Positions 10,619 to 20,663 of a stretch of DNA of 64,000 bases are shown piece after piece. This DNA is from a virus (Duplodnaviria; Heunggongvirae; Uroviricota; Caudoviricetes). The notes under the pieces are model-generated. The model made no database searches. It was not told the origin of the DNA and saw only the letters and a list, made by a program, of their open reading frames with translations. The position numbers and the translations under genes were made by a program. Positions within the stretch are counted from its first letter, which is position 1; each line of letters opens with the position of its first letter. The DNA lies in the IMG/VR virus record IMGVR_UViG_3300020451_002055; one strand, 5' to 3'.

Positions 10619-11254
10619 ATGCTATGCTTTTCTCCTTGCATAAAGGAGCTTAGCATGGTTACGGACTCTGATCTTTTTGCTCTTGAAACGCCTGGTCGGG
10701 TCTACTGCGATGATTGCATGGTGCAGTCAGTTCGCGAAGGGCTTATCCTCTGGAACGACAAACCCGGTAGCGTCATTCAACTCCGCAGAATAAAGACCAG
10801 TTCCTTCAAAGTTCCCAAGGTCATTATCGGACAGATCAAAAACATTGAAGATGGAGGCACTAATGCGGTTTCTGTCTTTTCTGTAGAGACTGATGATCAT
10901 GGTTCTATCATGATCGAAACAAATCATGGCGAACTCTGGGAGTTTGAGATCAACGGTAAGACTTTCAAGCATGCCGGACCTTTGGATACGAACCTCGACG
11001 GAAAGGTTAACGCATCCGACCTAGAATACATGACCTCCCACCCCTACGACTGGCCTAGCGATGGCAGAACAGACTCCAACGACGGCGACTTTCTGCATGT
11101 CTCCATATTTCAGAACGCAATCCTTCCTCATCTCAACCGCGCCGATCTGCTCTCGCTTGAGCGTCGGCAGGCTTTCGTAGAAGTCTACGGTCCAAACCGA
11201 GCAAGCCGGAACCGGGCTTTGTCGAGGATTTTGAGGGCCAGGAAGATGTCCTAA
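10619..11254 (+). CDS. hypothetical protein with dockerin/EF-hand-like Ca-binding loop
   Basis: DTNLDGKVNASDL motif. Confidence 0.55.
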   Translation: MLCFSPCIKELSMVTDSDLFALETPGRVYCDDCMVQSVREGLILWNDKPGSVIQLRRIKTSSFKVPKVIIGQIKNIEDGGTNAVSVFSVETDDHGSIMIETNHGELWEFEINGKTFKHAGPLDTNLDGKVNASDLEYMTSHPYDWPSDGRTDSNDGDFLHVSIFQNAILPHLNRADLLSLERRQAFVEVYGPNRASRNRALSRILRARKMS

Positions 11255-11306
11255 TAGCTAGTGTTTAGCGATTTGATCGCCTTATGAGAAGACGATGGGA
11301 GCGTAG

Positions 11307-11843
11307 ATGATTGATCCTTTCGATATTACAAACTACAACTACTCAAATGATGAGTTGGAAGAGTTTGTTATCTTCGCAATGGCTGTCGCCGGAAAGACAG
11401 CATCAACCATCTGCGTCAAGGTCGATGAGTTCCTGAGGCTCGAACGTTCTGGTTCTCCTTTCGAGAAGCTCAGGAAGATGATCCGCAAGGGGACTCTTCG
11501 ATCGAATATGGAAAAGGTCAAGCTCGGCAAGTATGCCCTCCTCGAAAGAGGATTCAAGCAGCTTGTCGAGGACGATCTCGATGTCAAGACATGCTCTCTT
11601 GAAGAGTTGGAAGCGATACCCGGTATATCTCATAAGACATCTCGCTTCTTCGTTCTTCATACAAGAGAGGACTGCGGAGACATTGCATGTATCGATACTC
11701 ACATTCGCAGATGGCTCAATGAGCTAGGCTACAGCGGCAACTACTTTGAACTCGAAAGGGCTTTCATCTCCGAGGCCAAGAAGAGAGGCAGGACGCTTGC
11801 CGATCTTGATCTGGAGATATGGAAGCAATACGCGAGGGACTAA
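11307..11843 (+). CDS. HhH-GPD-like DNA glycosylase/lyase
   Basis: LEAIPGISHKTSRF helix-hairpin-helix followed by IDTHI. Confidence 0.7.
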   Translation: MIDPFDITNYNYSNDELEEFVIFAMAVAGKTASTICVKVDEFLRLERSGSPFEKLRKMIRKGTLRSNMEKVKLGKYALLERGFKQLVEDDLDVKTCSLEELEAIPGISHKTSRFFVLHTREDCGDIACIDTHIRRWLNELGYSGNYFELERAFISEAKKRGRTLADLDLEIWKQYARD

Positions 11844-13105
11844 TGCAGAACGAAGTACCTGATTCGGTTGTCCAAGAAATTCTCGGCGGAGAAAGCCGAA
11901 GCCCGGACGGGCCAAGGCTGAGACCCGAATATGACGACTCTATGGATCGAGTCGCTCAAAAAGACCCGCTTACTGCATCGCTAGCCTTTCAGTCGATGCG
12001 GGCTCATCTACCAATCGTTGCAGAAATGCTCGGCACGTCAGTTGATAATCTCTTTCTTCTAGAAGAGATTCAATGTCGTTCTCATATGAAAGAAAGTTAT
12101 AGAGACAGGCTCATAGAACAAAAGGGTCTGATAGACTTTCCTTTCGTTCGAGACTATGAGGGATCAAATCGCAACGGACCGAGGTACTCTACAGGGACCG
12201 GACTGCAGTTATATGAGATCAAAGGAGACGATCTCACTTCTCGCAAATATCGCTATGTCTTTGCGACAATCCCGACTAGCAGAGGGAATCATCAGTTCGC
12301 CATAGCAAAAAAGGGCGAAGTAGCTCACCTCATACGCTACTTCAAAAGAATGAGAATCAAGTCTCTTAGGGCTGTCCCTCCTATTCTTCACGAAGGCATA
12401 CTCGACGATCTGATGAGGAACTCTGTCAACTTTCTCAGGTCTGATGCAGATGTCAAGAAGTATGGAGTCAAGGTCAAGAGGGGTCTTGTCCTCAGCGGAG
12501 ACCCCGGCAACGGCAAGACAATGACCTGCCGCTACATACGAGAGATGGCGGCAATCCATGACATCGAAGTAAGCACTATCCGAGCAGGCGAACTCGAAGA
12601 TGCTTATGCAAACGGCAACCTTGACTATGTTCTCAACCGAGAGGGTATCATATTCCTCGATGATATCGATGTATCATTCTTCAACCGCGAAGGCGATGGA
12701 CGAATGGCATGCGCTCTACTCGCCGCTCTCGACGGCATGCAAGAGACAGGTCGATGCGTCAGAATCTTCACTACAAACGAGAAGATCGAGGGCATGGATA
12801 GAGCGTTCAAACGACCGGGGAGAATCGACCGAGTATTCTCGTTCGAGAAGCCCAATCCAGAAATGCGTCTGAAGCTCTTTCAGACATGGCCTGAAGAGAT
12901 CAGAAACGCCGTCGAGGAAGATACTTTTGTTGCCAAGACAGATAGCTTCAGTTTCGCTGAATGTGAAGCGATAAGAACTATAATGGTGACTAATCATGTT
13001 ATCAAGCAAGACCCATGGGATTTCGATGCTGCACTCAGAGACTACGGCGAACGTACCGGGGAATCTTTTGTTCAGCGACGAGTCGGCTTTGGTGCCGACA
13101 GCTAA
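11843..13105 (+). CDS. AAA+ ATPase
   Basis: Walker A GDPGNGKT, Walker B IFLDDID, SRH TTN...RPGRID. Confidence 0.9.
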   Translation: MQNEVPDSVVQEILGGESRSPDGPRLRPEYDDSMDRVAQKDPLTASLAFQSMRAHLPIVAEMLGTSVDNLFLLEEIQCRSHMKESYRDRLIEQKGLIDFPFVRDYEGSNRNGPRYSTGTGLQLYEIKGDDLTSRKYRYVFATIPTSRGNHQFAIAKKGEVAHLIRYFKRMRIKSLRAVPPILHEGILDDLMRNSVNFLRSDADVKKYGVKVKRGLVLSGDPGNGKTMTCRYIREMAAIHDIEVSTIRAGELEDAYANGNLDYVLNREGIIFLDDIDVSFFNREGDGRMACALLAALDGMQETGRCVRIFTTNEKIEGMDRAFKRPGRIDRVFSFEKPNPEMRLKLFQTWPEEIRNAVEEDTFVAKTDSFSFAECEAIRTIMVTNHVIKQDPWDFDAALRDYGERTGESFVQRRVGFGADS

Positions 13106-13145
13106 GCCCATCTATAACCACTTCACTCATATCCATGGAACGTCT

Positions 13146-13373
13146 ATGGGTAGCATGCAGATGGACGGCGATCTGTCGGACCACCTGCTTTCTGCTCCCA
13201 TCCTTGAGTTCAACGGATACATACCTGTAGTTCACGAACCCACCTACATAGACATGGGAAGCTATATCCATTTCAATCCCTCGCCAGTATTCGTGCCGTC
13301 CCCTTCGGCATCAATCCTGTTCGGGGTCGCCTTGCTGATGCTCGGAATAGGGAGAAGGCGTGGAAGCTCTTGA
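13146..13373 (+). CDS. small protein with PEP-CTERM-like sorting tail (start uncertain)
   Basis: C-terminus VPSPSASILFGVALLMLGIGRRR: VPxP, hydrophobic helix, RRR. Confidence 0.55.
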   Translation: MGSMQMDGDLSDHLLSAPILEFNGYIPVVHEPTYIDMGSYIHFNPSPVFVPSPSASILFGVALLMLGIGRRRGSS

Positions 13374-16266
13374 ATGCATCAATCAACTCTCGCAAATCTC
13401 AAAGCCAAAAGAAGCTCCGACTGAGCTTCTAGAACAGGCGTTCGACCTCAGACAAGACGAGGCTCATGCGGAGGCTGCAAAGCAGGCTCTTGCTGCTGTT
13501 TTTGCCAACGAGATCAAGGTTCCGCCGGAACAGCTTGGCGAAGCATTTGTTCTTCTCGCGAAAAGCATTGAGCAGTTTGATATAGAGAAGTCTCCAACGG
13601 GAGTAAACGGATTCATTCCGTACTTTCTCTTCCGTCTCAAACATCACCTTAAAGACGAGTCTACAAAAGAAACAGCAAAAACAAGAGTCGGCGCTCCTGT
13701 CTCTCACTTCAAAAAGCATCGCAAGTTCGAAAGAGAAGATGCAAGGCATTACGCCGAAACTGGCGAACATCTTGATGAACATGCAGAGGCTTTTGACGAG
13801 AACTATAAAGGCATCTCTCATGTAGATAGATTTGAGCGCAGTTTCGGCGAAGACGGCGGAACAGTCGGCGATCTTGTCGGTAGAGAAGATGATAACTGGG
13901 AGAGCGATGAGTTCTATGCTCTCTTTGATGAAGATGAAAAGTGGTTAATCGAAGAGCTTGCTGTAAACGGCACGCAGATGAAAGACATCTGCCTAGAGCT
14001 TTATGGTAATGACAGCGATCCTGCAAGAAACTCAGTCAAAAAGCTTCTTGCGGTCATCAAGGATAAAATCGTCAACTACTATGGCGATGACTGCGTTCTT
14101 GAGACTATCATCAAGAAGGGTCTTGAACAGGCAGAGTCAAAATACTCTCCGACTCCATTCCTTGCCGCAGAGGTACAGAAGAAGGTCGGCAAAGGAAAAG
14201 GCAAGAAGGACTTCTTGTCTCGAAAGCCGTGCCGAGCATGCGAGACAGAGTTCCGACCCATTCATAAAGCTCATCAGTTCTGTTCAGAAAAGTGCTGCCG
14301 TTCGCATGCTGGCGGCATCATGCCAAAAGACCTTACGAAAGAATGGTTAGTCGCGGAGCTAAGAGAAAAGACATTCGGTCAGATCGCATTCGAGACTGAT
14401 CGATGGACATATCGTATTCAAGAATGGGCTTGGTATTACGGCATACGTCGCCGAGAACAGGTCTTAGATGGCAGTTGCGGAACCGCTGTCAAGTATCCGC
14501 AAAACCTACCAGGTTTTCCCAGTAGAGCTACGGTTGCAAAGAGCATTCCGAATACCAGTCTCGAAGATATGCGGACTAAGTGGGGGCTCAAGCACGACAA
14601 GGGGCTGCTAAAACTCATCTCTTGGTATGGCCTCGAAGGAGTCTATCAGCAGCGCAATAGAATCGTCTTTTCGAAAGAAGCCCGTAAAGATCTGAAGATC
14701 AGAACTGCTCGGATGGCGAAGGGCAACAAGCGAGTCATCGAGGCTCGCCTTGCGAGAGGCTGGGATCCTCTTGTTCCCGAACCGCCGACCAAAGAAGCAC
14801 TTCTTGAGGTTCTGCTTACGCATACTTGGGCAGAGATGGCTGATCATTTTCAGTTGTCCGAGCGTTGTCTTATGGACCTGGCGAAGAAGTATAAAATCAA
14901 GCAACTTCGTCCTCGAATGATCTTCTCCAAAGAGGGAGCCAAGAGGTCGGCAGAAGGACTCAAGAAGGCCTTGCAGCAAGACGCAATTAAGCGAGGCAGA
15001 AAGATACCTTCGAAGGAAGAGCTTGCAAAAGACCTGAAGACTTTGACTTGGAATGAGATAGTTGACAAGTGGGAATGGTCGAAGCCTTGGCTTGTTAAAC
15101 GAGCCAAAGAGTACGGCATCTACGATCTCAAAACCCGCAAGGAAGCAGCTTCCGAAAGGCAGGCTGATCTCAAGTGGCCCTTCCCTTCAAAAGAAGAATA
15201 TGCAGAGATGCTCAAGACGCAGCGTCTCTATCAACTGTCTACGCCTCTTCATAGAACTGAAACAGTTCTTAGAAAGAAGGCTGTCAAGATGGGGCTGCGC
15301 CATTTGCTCGTTGAACATCATGCTCCGTCGAAGCAGGCTCTCAACAAGAAGCTGAAGAAATGCACTCTCGCTGAGACTGCTAAGTTTTACGGGTTTACTC
15401 AGAGCGATATACGCAAACTGATCGATGAGTACGACATCGATATCAAAACTTGCCGCGCCGAATGTCGCAAATACAAGAAGAAGCAAGCAGAGAAAGAAAA
15501 GGCAAAGCCCAAGAACAAGAAAGAGCTTTTCATCGAGAGCCTTCCAACCAAAGAAGAGGTTGAGAAGATGCTTGAGACTCCTGCTCTTTCGTCTACAAAG
15601 CTCGCGGAAATGATGGGTTGCAATGTAAAAACTGCCCGGCATCATGTTGAAAAGCGTCTAGGCCTTATTTGGCCTACAAACAGGTCTATTCATAGAGAAG
15701 AGATCGAAAGAGACGATCCGATTTTCGATGATCCCGATCTTATCGTTGAGCGTCATGAGTTTATTGCTAAAGTCAGAGAGCTTGGCATGTTCTATGCTCG
15801 CAGATATTTTGAGTTGAACAAAGAACAGATGGATGCCTTGATGAGAATCTATGGGATCACTCCCAAGGGCTACTCTGTCGGTCTGTACTCAATTCGAGAC
15901 TTGACAAACGAGCAACTCGAAACCCTGCTTCGGGGCAGAGACTTTGCCTATATCGAAAAGCGATACGGTATTCCGCCGGAGTTGATCAAGACCACTTTGC
16001 TCAATCGAGGTATGGATGATCATAACGTCCGGGGTCGTCCTTTTGATGAAGAAGTGGCTATCTATCTTATGCAAAGTATGACGAAAGAAGAGCTTGCTGA
16101 ATATTTTGATGCTGACCCTAGCTCCTTTGACTCCTGGCTGCTAAACATGAATCAGGAACTCAATCTAAAGCCTCTTAGGAGAAGCATAATTGAAGAAAGC
16201 ATCAAATGCGGCTCTATGAAGAAGGCCTTTGACCATATGGGTCGAAAGACAAACAGTCTGAAATAA
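13360..16266 (+). CDS. 968 aa probable DNA-binding protein: divergent sigma70-like N-terminus, Zn-finger, tandem HTH-like repeats
   Basis: FIPYFLFRLKHHLKDE (region 2.4-like), SFGEDGGTVGDLVG (3.2-like), CRAC...FCSEKC, repeated P(S/T)KEEL units. Confidence 0.6.
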   Translation: MEALECINQLSQISKPKEAPTELLEQAFDLRQDEAHAEAAKQALAAVFANEIKVPPEQLGEAFVLLAKSIEQFDIEKSPTGVNGFIPYFLFRLKHHLKDESTKETAKTRVGAPVSHFKKHRKFEREDARHYAETGEHLDEHAEAFDENYKGISHVDRFERSFGEDGGTVGDLVGREDDNWESDEFYALFDEDEKWLIEELAVNGTQMKDICLELYGNDSDPARNSVKKLLAVIKDKIVNYYGDDCVLETIIKKGLEQAESKYSPTPFLAAEVQKKVGKGKGKKDFLSRKPCRACETEFRPIHKAHQFCSEKCCRSHAGGIMPKDLTKEWLVAELREKTFGQIAFETDRWTYRIQEWAWYYGIRRREQVLDGSCGTAVKYPQNLPGFPSRATVAKSIPNTSLEDMRTKWGLKHDKGLLKLISWYGLEGVYQQRNRIVFSKEARKDLKIRTARMAKGNKRVIEARLARGWDPLVPEPPTKEALLEVLLTHTWAEMADHFQLSERCLMDLAKKYKIKQLRPRMIFSKEGAKRSAEGLKKALQQDAIKRGRKIPSKEELAKDLKTLTWNEIVDKWEWSKPWLVKRAKEYGIYDLKTRKEAASERQADLKWPFPSKEEYAEMLKTQRLYQLSTPLHRTETVLRKKAVKMGLRHLLVEHHAPSKQALNKKLKKCTLAETAKFYGFTQSDIRKLIDEYDIDIKTCRAECRKYKKKQAEKEKAKPKNKKELFIESLPTKEEVEKMLETPALSSTKLAEMMGCNVKTARHHVEKRLGLIWPTNRSIHREEIERDDPIFDDPDLIVERHEFIAKVRELGMFYARRYFELNKEQMDALMRIYGITPKGYSVGLYSIRDLTNEQLETLLRGRDFAYIEKRYGIPPELIKTTLLNRGMDDHNVRGRPFDEEVAIYLMQSMTKEELAEYFDADPSSFDSWLLNMNQELNLKPLRRSIIEESIKCGSMKKAFDHMGRKTNSLK

Positions 16267-16280
16267 TCAAATGAGGGAAT

Positions 16281-17324
16281 ATGGGCTCAGGTAAACTACT
16301 AATAGCGACAGATGCTTGGCGTCCTCAAGTGAACGGAGTGGTCCGAACTTTAGAGGCTACAGCCTACGAAATGGACCTCAGGGGCTACAAAATTGAATAC
16401 TTTGAGCCCAGTATGTTCAAGAACTACCCATGTCCCAGCTACCCGGAGATACGCTTAGCTTTCGCTCCTGCATGTACGGTCAAGAGCATGATACGGAGCA
16501 TCCAGCCGGACTTCATTCATATTTCGACTGAGGGTCCGATCGGTATGGCCGTTCGTAACTATTGCGTGAATAATCGAGTCCCCTTTACAACATCTTATCA
16601 TACGCAGTTTCCCTTGTATCTCAAGAAGATAGCCAAGGTGCCTGAATGGGCTTCTTGGCGTTTCCTTAAATGGTTCCATGGAAAGTCTCAGTCTGTCTTG
16701 ACGCCATCGATAGACATGAAGACCGATCTTGAATCGCATGGGTTCAAGAATGTCATTCATTGGACCCGCGGAATTGATGAAGAGTTTGAGCCTCAAAAGG
16801 ACAATCCTTACGCTCCTTGCAACTTCCCGATCTTCCTCTATGTAGGAAGGGTCTCCAAAGAAAAGAACATCGAAGCCTTCCTTGAACTTCAAGAGAAGAT
16901 GGCTCCTGCGATGTTCTGGATCGTCGGAGACGGACCTCATAAGAAAGAGCTTGAAGAGAAGTATGCGAGCGACTATGTTCATTTCGTCGGTTACAAAGAA
17001 GGCGCTGAGCTAGCAGCCTACTACACGCATGCCGATGTATTCGTCTTCCCGAGCAAGACCGATACCTTTGGTCTTGTCAACATCGAAGCGTTGGCGTGCG
17101 GTACGCCTGTCGCTGCATTCCCATCGACCGGGCCGCTAGACATACTAGGTCGGGTAGGAAAGAATGACCCTCAATTAGGCTGCATGCATGAAGACCTCAA
17201 AACTGCTATGGAACAGGCGTTCCTGCATAGCAACTGTTCTGCTGCATGCAAAAGATTCGCGCGAGAGAACTACTCATGGGAAGCCGCGACGGATCAGTTT
17301 GAAAATGCTCTCGTCAAAATATGA
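16281..17324 (+). CDS. GT4 family glycosyltransferase
   Basis: TDAWRPQVNGVV, YVGRVSKEKN, DTFGLVNIEALACG. Confidence 0.92.
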   Translation: MGSGKLLIATDAWRPQVNGVVRTLEATAYEMDLRGYKIEYFEPSMFKNYPCPSYPEIRLAFAPACTVKSMIRSIQPDFIHISTEGPIGMAVRNYCVNNRVPFTTSYHTQFPLYLKKIAKVPEWASWRFLKWFHGKSQSVLTPSIDMKTDLESHGFKNVIHWTRGIDEEFEPQKDNPYAPCNFPIFLYVGRVSKEKNIEAFLELQEKMAPAMFWIVGDGPHKKELEEKYASDYVHFVGYKEGAELAAYYTHADVFVFPSKTDTFGLVNIEALACGTPVAAFPSTGPLDILGRVGKNDPQLGCMHEDLKTAMEQAFLHSNCSAACKRFARENYSWEAATDQFENALVKI

Positions 17325-18193
17325 AACTCAATCACTACAAAACATGCTGGATATCTGATCTTCACCTAGGTAGCGATAGTTCTGAAGCAGAAGTCGCTTA
17401 CAGGTTCCTTAAGGACAACTCGTTTGACAAGATATATCTTGTCGGCGATGTCATAGACATTTGGAGACTCAAGAAAGCCGGTTTTCTCCCAAGAAGAAAG
17501 GCTCAGTCTCACATCAACGTCGTCCAAAGACTACTGAAGCTATCTAAGAAAGGAACCGAGATTGTTTACCTCATTGGCAATCATGACGAGTTCATAGCAA
17601 ACTTCATCGAAGAGGATTCGAGAGAGTTCGGCAGCTTCATCGAACTTGCCGAAGAAGTTGAGCATGTCACGGCTGATGGCAAGAAGTATGTCGTTATGCA
17701 CGGACATCAGTTTGACCTGATTACGAGGTACAACCCTTGGCTTGCTAAGCTCGGCGATTCAGGATACCACTTCATGATCTGGCTCAACCGGCTCTACAAT
17801 AAGCTGAGACGCAAGATCGGCTTGAAGTATTGGTCTCTGAGCAAGTATATCAAGATCAACGTGAAAAAGGCGGTCAACTTCATAAGTCGGTTCGAAGAAA
17901 CAGCAGCAAGGTATGTTGAAGAGAAGGAATGCGACGGCATTATTTGCGGGCACATCCATGAACCGGCAGTCAAAAAGATTGACGATTGTTGGTATCTCAA
18001 CTGCGGGTGCTGGACAGATATCGCAAACTGTACCGCTCTAGTTGAGAGAGAAGACGGATCAATAGAACTGATCCAATGGACTGAGGACAATAATGAAGAA
18101 GTCATTGCGGGTACCCGATCCCGAGCCAGAGAAGAAAGCTTACATAGTAACTCACACGAGTCCAGGGAACGCTATGAGGAAGCTTGTGTCTAA
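17321..18193 (+). CDS. LpxH-like metallophosphoesterase
   Basis: SDLHLG, GDVID, GNHD, HGH, CGHIH motifs. Confidence 0.9.
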   Translation: MKLNHYKTCWISDLHLGSDSSEAEVAYRFLKDNSFDKIYLVGDVIDIWRLKKAGFLPRRKAQSHINVVQRLLKLSKKGTEIVYLIGNHDEFIANFIEEDSREFGSFIELAEEVEHVTADGKKYVVMHGHQFDLITRYNPWLAKLGDSGYHFMIWLNRLYNKLRRKIGLKYWSLSKYIKINVKKAVNFISRFEETAARYVEEKECDGIICGHIHEPAVKKIDDCWYLNCGCWTDIANCTALVEREDGSIELIQWTEDNNEEVIAGTRSRAREESLHSNSHESRERYEEACV

Positions 18194-18369
18194 AGCGTAT
18201 GTCTCTGGCGATACTCTTTTCTTTGATGACTACCAAACAGGTAAACGCGGCGCATTTTCGCCGCCATGGACAAGCGAAGAAATAACCGCTAAACAGGCGG
18301 AGGAAATACTAGATGATCCTGACCGCTTTGCTTGTATGTTCACTGATATCTTCGCGGAGACAGAATGCA

Positions 18370-18801
18370 ATGATTAAGTTCTGGCGGACAAGGGACGAAT
18401 ACGGCTTTTTCTCGAACTTCTCGAAGCATCCCGTCACCATTGACGGTAAACGCTACGAGACAACCGAGCATTACTACCAGGCAATGAAAGCGACAAACGA
18501 CGACGACCATGAGCTTGTTAGAAAAGCCAAGGGTCCAAAGAAGTGTAAGGAAGTTGCTTACACAATTGAGTTGCGACCTGATTGGGAAGATGTCAAGTAT
18601 GACATCATGAAGGTCGCTCTCCGGCATAAGGCGGAACAGTATGAGTTCATCAAGCAAAGGCTCATCGACTCAGGCGAAGAGGAGCTTGCCGAGGATAGTC
18701 CGAAAGACGCGATCTGGGGCCTCGGTAAAGATGGGACAGGTCAGAACCTTCTTGGCAAAGCTTGGATGGATATTCGGGCGGAAATCCAAGAAGCAGAATA
18801 A
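18370..18801 (+). CDS. NADAR (YbiA-like) family protein
   Basis: FSNF, TEHYYQAMK, EDSPKDAIWG, GQNLLGK. Confidence 0.92.
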   Translation: MIKFWRTRDEYGFFSNFSKHPVTIDGKRYETTEHYYQAMKATNDDDHELVRKAKGPKKCKEVAYTIELRPDWEDVKYDIMKVALRHKAEQYEFIKQRLIDSGEEELAEDSPKDAIWGLGKDGTGQNLLGKAWMDIRAEIQEAE

Positions 18802-19080
18802 CTCGATATCCTTTGACCTGTCTAATCTTTCTTTCGGCGACATCATATTGACCGATGGCAAAGGTTCTACATGGACGGTTTGCTACGGCGATGAGGATGA
18901 GCCGGAGACTACCAGAATAAGCTTCGGCTGGTTCAAGGATGCCTTGGATTTCTGCCGGAGGTTTTCATGCTACTCTGTATCAGGTGAACTCGATCGCCAA
19001 TACGATACAGGAGGAGAGGAAACTTCTGTAAAGAATGCTTCCTTTACCGTTACTCTTCGCTGCCCGATAGGACCGCCAAC

Positions 19081-19530
19081 TTGAAATACATCGAAGCCCC
19101 TGCCGATATCCCGCCTTCAGTCCTTCGATCCCTCTTTATAGCGGGCGGCATTACAGGTACCGAGGATTGGCAAAAGCCATTCATCGAGTACCTGAAAGAA
19201 CTCAACATTATGGTTCTCAATCCCCGCCGCAAGGACTTCCCTATGGGAGACCCTGAGGCGGGAGCAGAGCAGATCGAATGGGAACACCATGCCCTGTCAG
19301 TTGCAACCGCTGTTTCGTTCTGGTTTCCTCCCGAAACTCTCTGTCCAATCTCGCTCTTCGAGCTTGGCACCTTCATGAAGCAGAACAGACCGCTGTTTGT
19401 TGGATGTCATCCCGACTACGCCAGGGCATTTGATGTTCAGAAACAGGTTTCTCTTTATCGTCCCGAAGTTCAAGTCGTTGACACGATCGTCGCTCTGTCC
19501 GAGCAGGTCAAAACATGGGTGGATGAATAA
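19081..19530 (+). CDS. nucleoside 2-deoxyribosyltransferase-like protein
   Basis: FIAGGI..DWQ, LNPRR, QIEWE, ISLFELG. Confidence 0.8.
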   Translation: MKYIEAPADIPPSVLRSLFIAGGITGTEDWQKPFIEYLKELNIMVLNPRRKDFPMGDPEAGAEQIEWEHHALSVATAVSFWFPPETLCPISLFELGTFMKQNRPLFVGCHPDYARAFDVQKQVSLYRPEVQVVDTIVALSEQVKTWVDE

Positions 19531-20126
19531 TGATCTTTGACAAGTTCACTGACCGCGCTCGTCATGTCATGGCTATCGCAAACCAAGAGGCTCAACGGTT
19601 CAATCACGAGTACATCGGGACCGAACACATCCTCCTTGGCGTTTGCCGGGAAGGATCAGGCGTTGGAGCCCATGTTCTCAAGAGCAGAGGCATTCAATAT
19701 CAACGTCTTCGGGTTGAAATCGAGAAGATCATTACCAAAGGGCCTGAAGAGAATCGACAGCTAGGCCATATCGGCCAGACTCCGAGGGCAAAGAAGGTCA
19801 TTGAGTTTGCCGTCAAGAATGCCAGAGAACTCGGGCACGATTATGTCGGGACTGAGCATATTCTGCTCGGTCTGATCGACGAGAAGGACGGCGTTGCCGG
19901 TCAGATCATCTTGAACATGGGATTGACCCATGAAACCGCTAGAGCAGACATCATGAATCTGTTGGCTCAAGATGACCCGAGAGATTCAGACGAAGAGAAG
20001 ATCAACAAGGATATTGAATCCTATCAAGACGTTCTCAGGGATGCAGTTGTTCTCTCGCGGGAAAAAGACATCGACATCACAGCCGCCTTTGCTCAGGTTA
20101 TGGCAGTAAGGAGAGGACATGGCTGA
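19530..20126 (+). CDS. stand-alone Clp repeat (ClpC N-terminal) domain protein
   Basis: FDKFTDRARHVM..ANQEAQRFNHEYIGTEHILLG repeated as GHDYVGTEHILLG; no ATPase domain. Confidence 0.9.
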   Translation: MIFDKFTDRARHVMAIANQEAQRFNHEYIGTEHILLGVCREGSGVGAHVLKSRGIQYQRLRVEIEKIITKGPEENRQLGHIGQTPRAKKVIEFAVKNARELGHDYVGTEHILLGLIDEKDGVAGQIILNMGLTHETARADIMNLLAQDDPRDSDEEKINKDIESYQDVLRDAVVLSREKDIDITAAFAQVMAVRRGHG

Positions 20127-20424
20127 GAACGACGCAAGAGCAAACTTTCCTCGCAACAGACCAGAATCAGGTCCGATGATTTTTGGGGATGACTGGCGAG
20201 GTCTCTTCATTCGAGGAGACAATGCTTTGGGTTTCATTGTGGACCTAGAAACGATTCTGATGCTTGACAAAGATAAGCTCAGCGAGCATTCTCGCAAGAT
20301 CATCGAGAACATGATTTGGGACTTTAGGAGAAGCAACCACCACACGCCTGATCGGGTTCAGATGATGAAGCCTTTCAAGGAGTGCTTCATCAAGGATGAG
20401 GGCGAAATGCCCGATTTTCCGTGA
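20119..20424 (+). CDS. hypothetical protein
   Basis: GAGG SD, overlaps previous stop. Confidence 0.65.
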   Translation: MAENDARANFPRNRPESGPMIFGDDWRGLFIRGDNALGFIVDLETILMLDKDKLSEHSRKIIENMIWDFRRSNHHTPDRVQMMKPFKECFIKDEGEMPDFP

Positions 20425-20439
20425 AATATTGAAGGTCTA

Positions 20440-20468
20440 TTGACCTCTTGGACGAATAGGGTTACTAT
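20440..20468 (+). promoter_or_regulatory. sigma70-type promoter
   Basis: TTGACC-17 nt-TACTAT. Confidence 0.7.
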
Positions 20469-20492
20469 CCAAGCCCACCAATAGGAGAAACC

Positions 20493-20531
20493 ATGGGACA
20501 GGTCAAAGCTAAATCGAAACGAAAGCACTGA
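20493..20531 (+). CDS. Lys-rich leader peptide MGQVKAKSKRKH
   Basis: AGGAGA SD right after promoter; 4 Lys codons in 12; upstream of tRNA-Lys genes. Confidence 0.6.
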   Translation: MGQVKAKSKRKH

Positions 20532-20663
20532 TCGCCCAGGTTCCGTCTCCTTCCACCCAATCAAAATCAAGACGGCCTACCTTGGCCTTGCAGGTGACAG
20601 GAGCACCCCGTATGCTGCAAGTGCTGTCGCAATTGGTCAAAATGAAGGCAAGGAAATGCCTTC

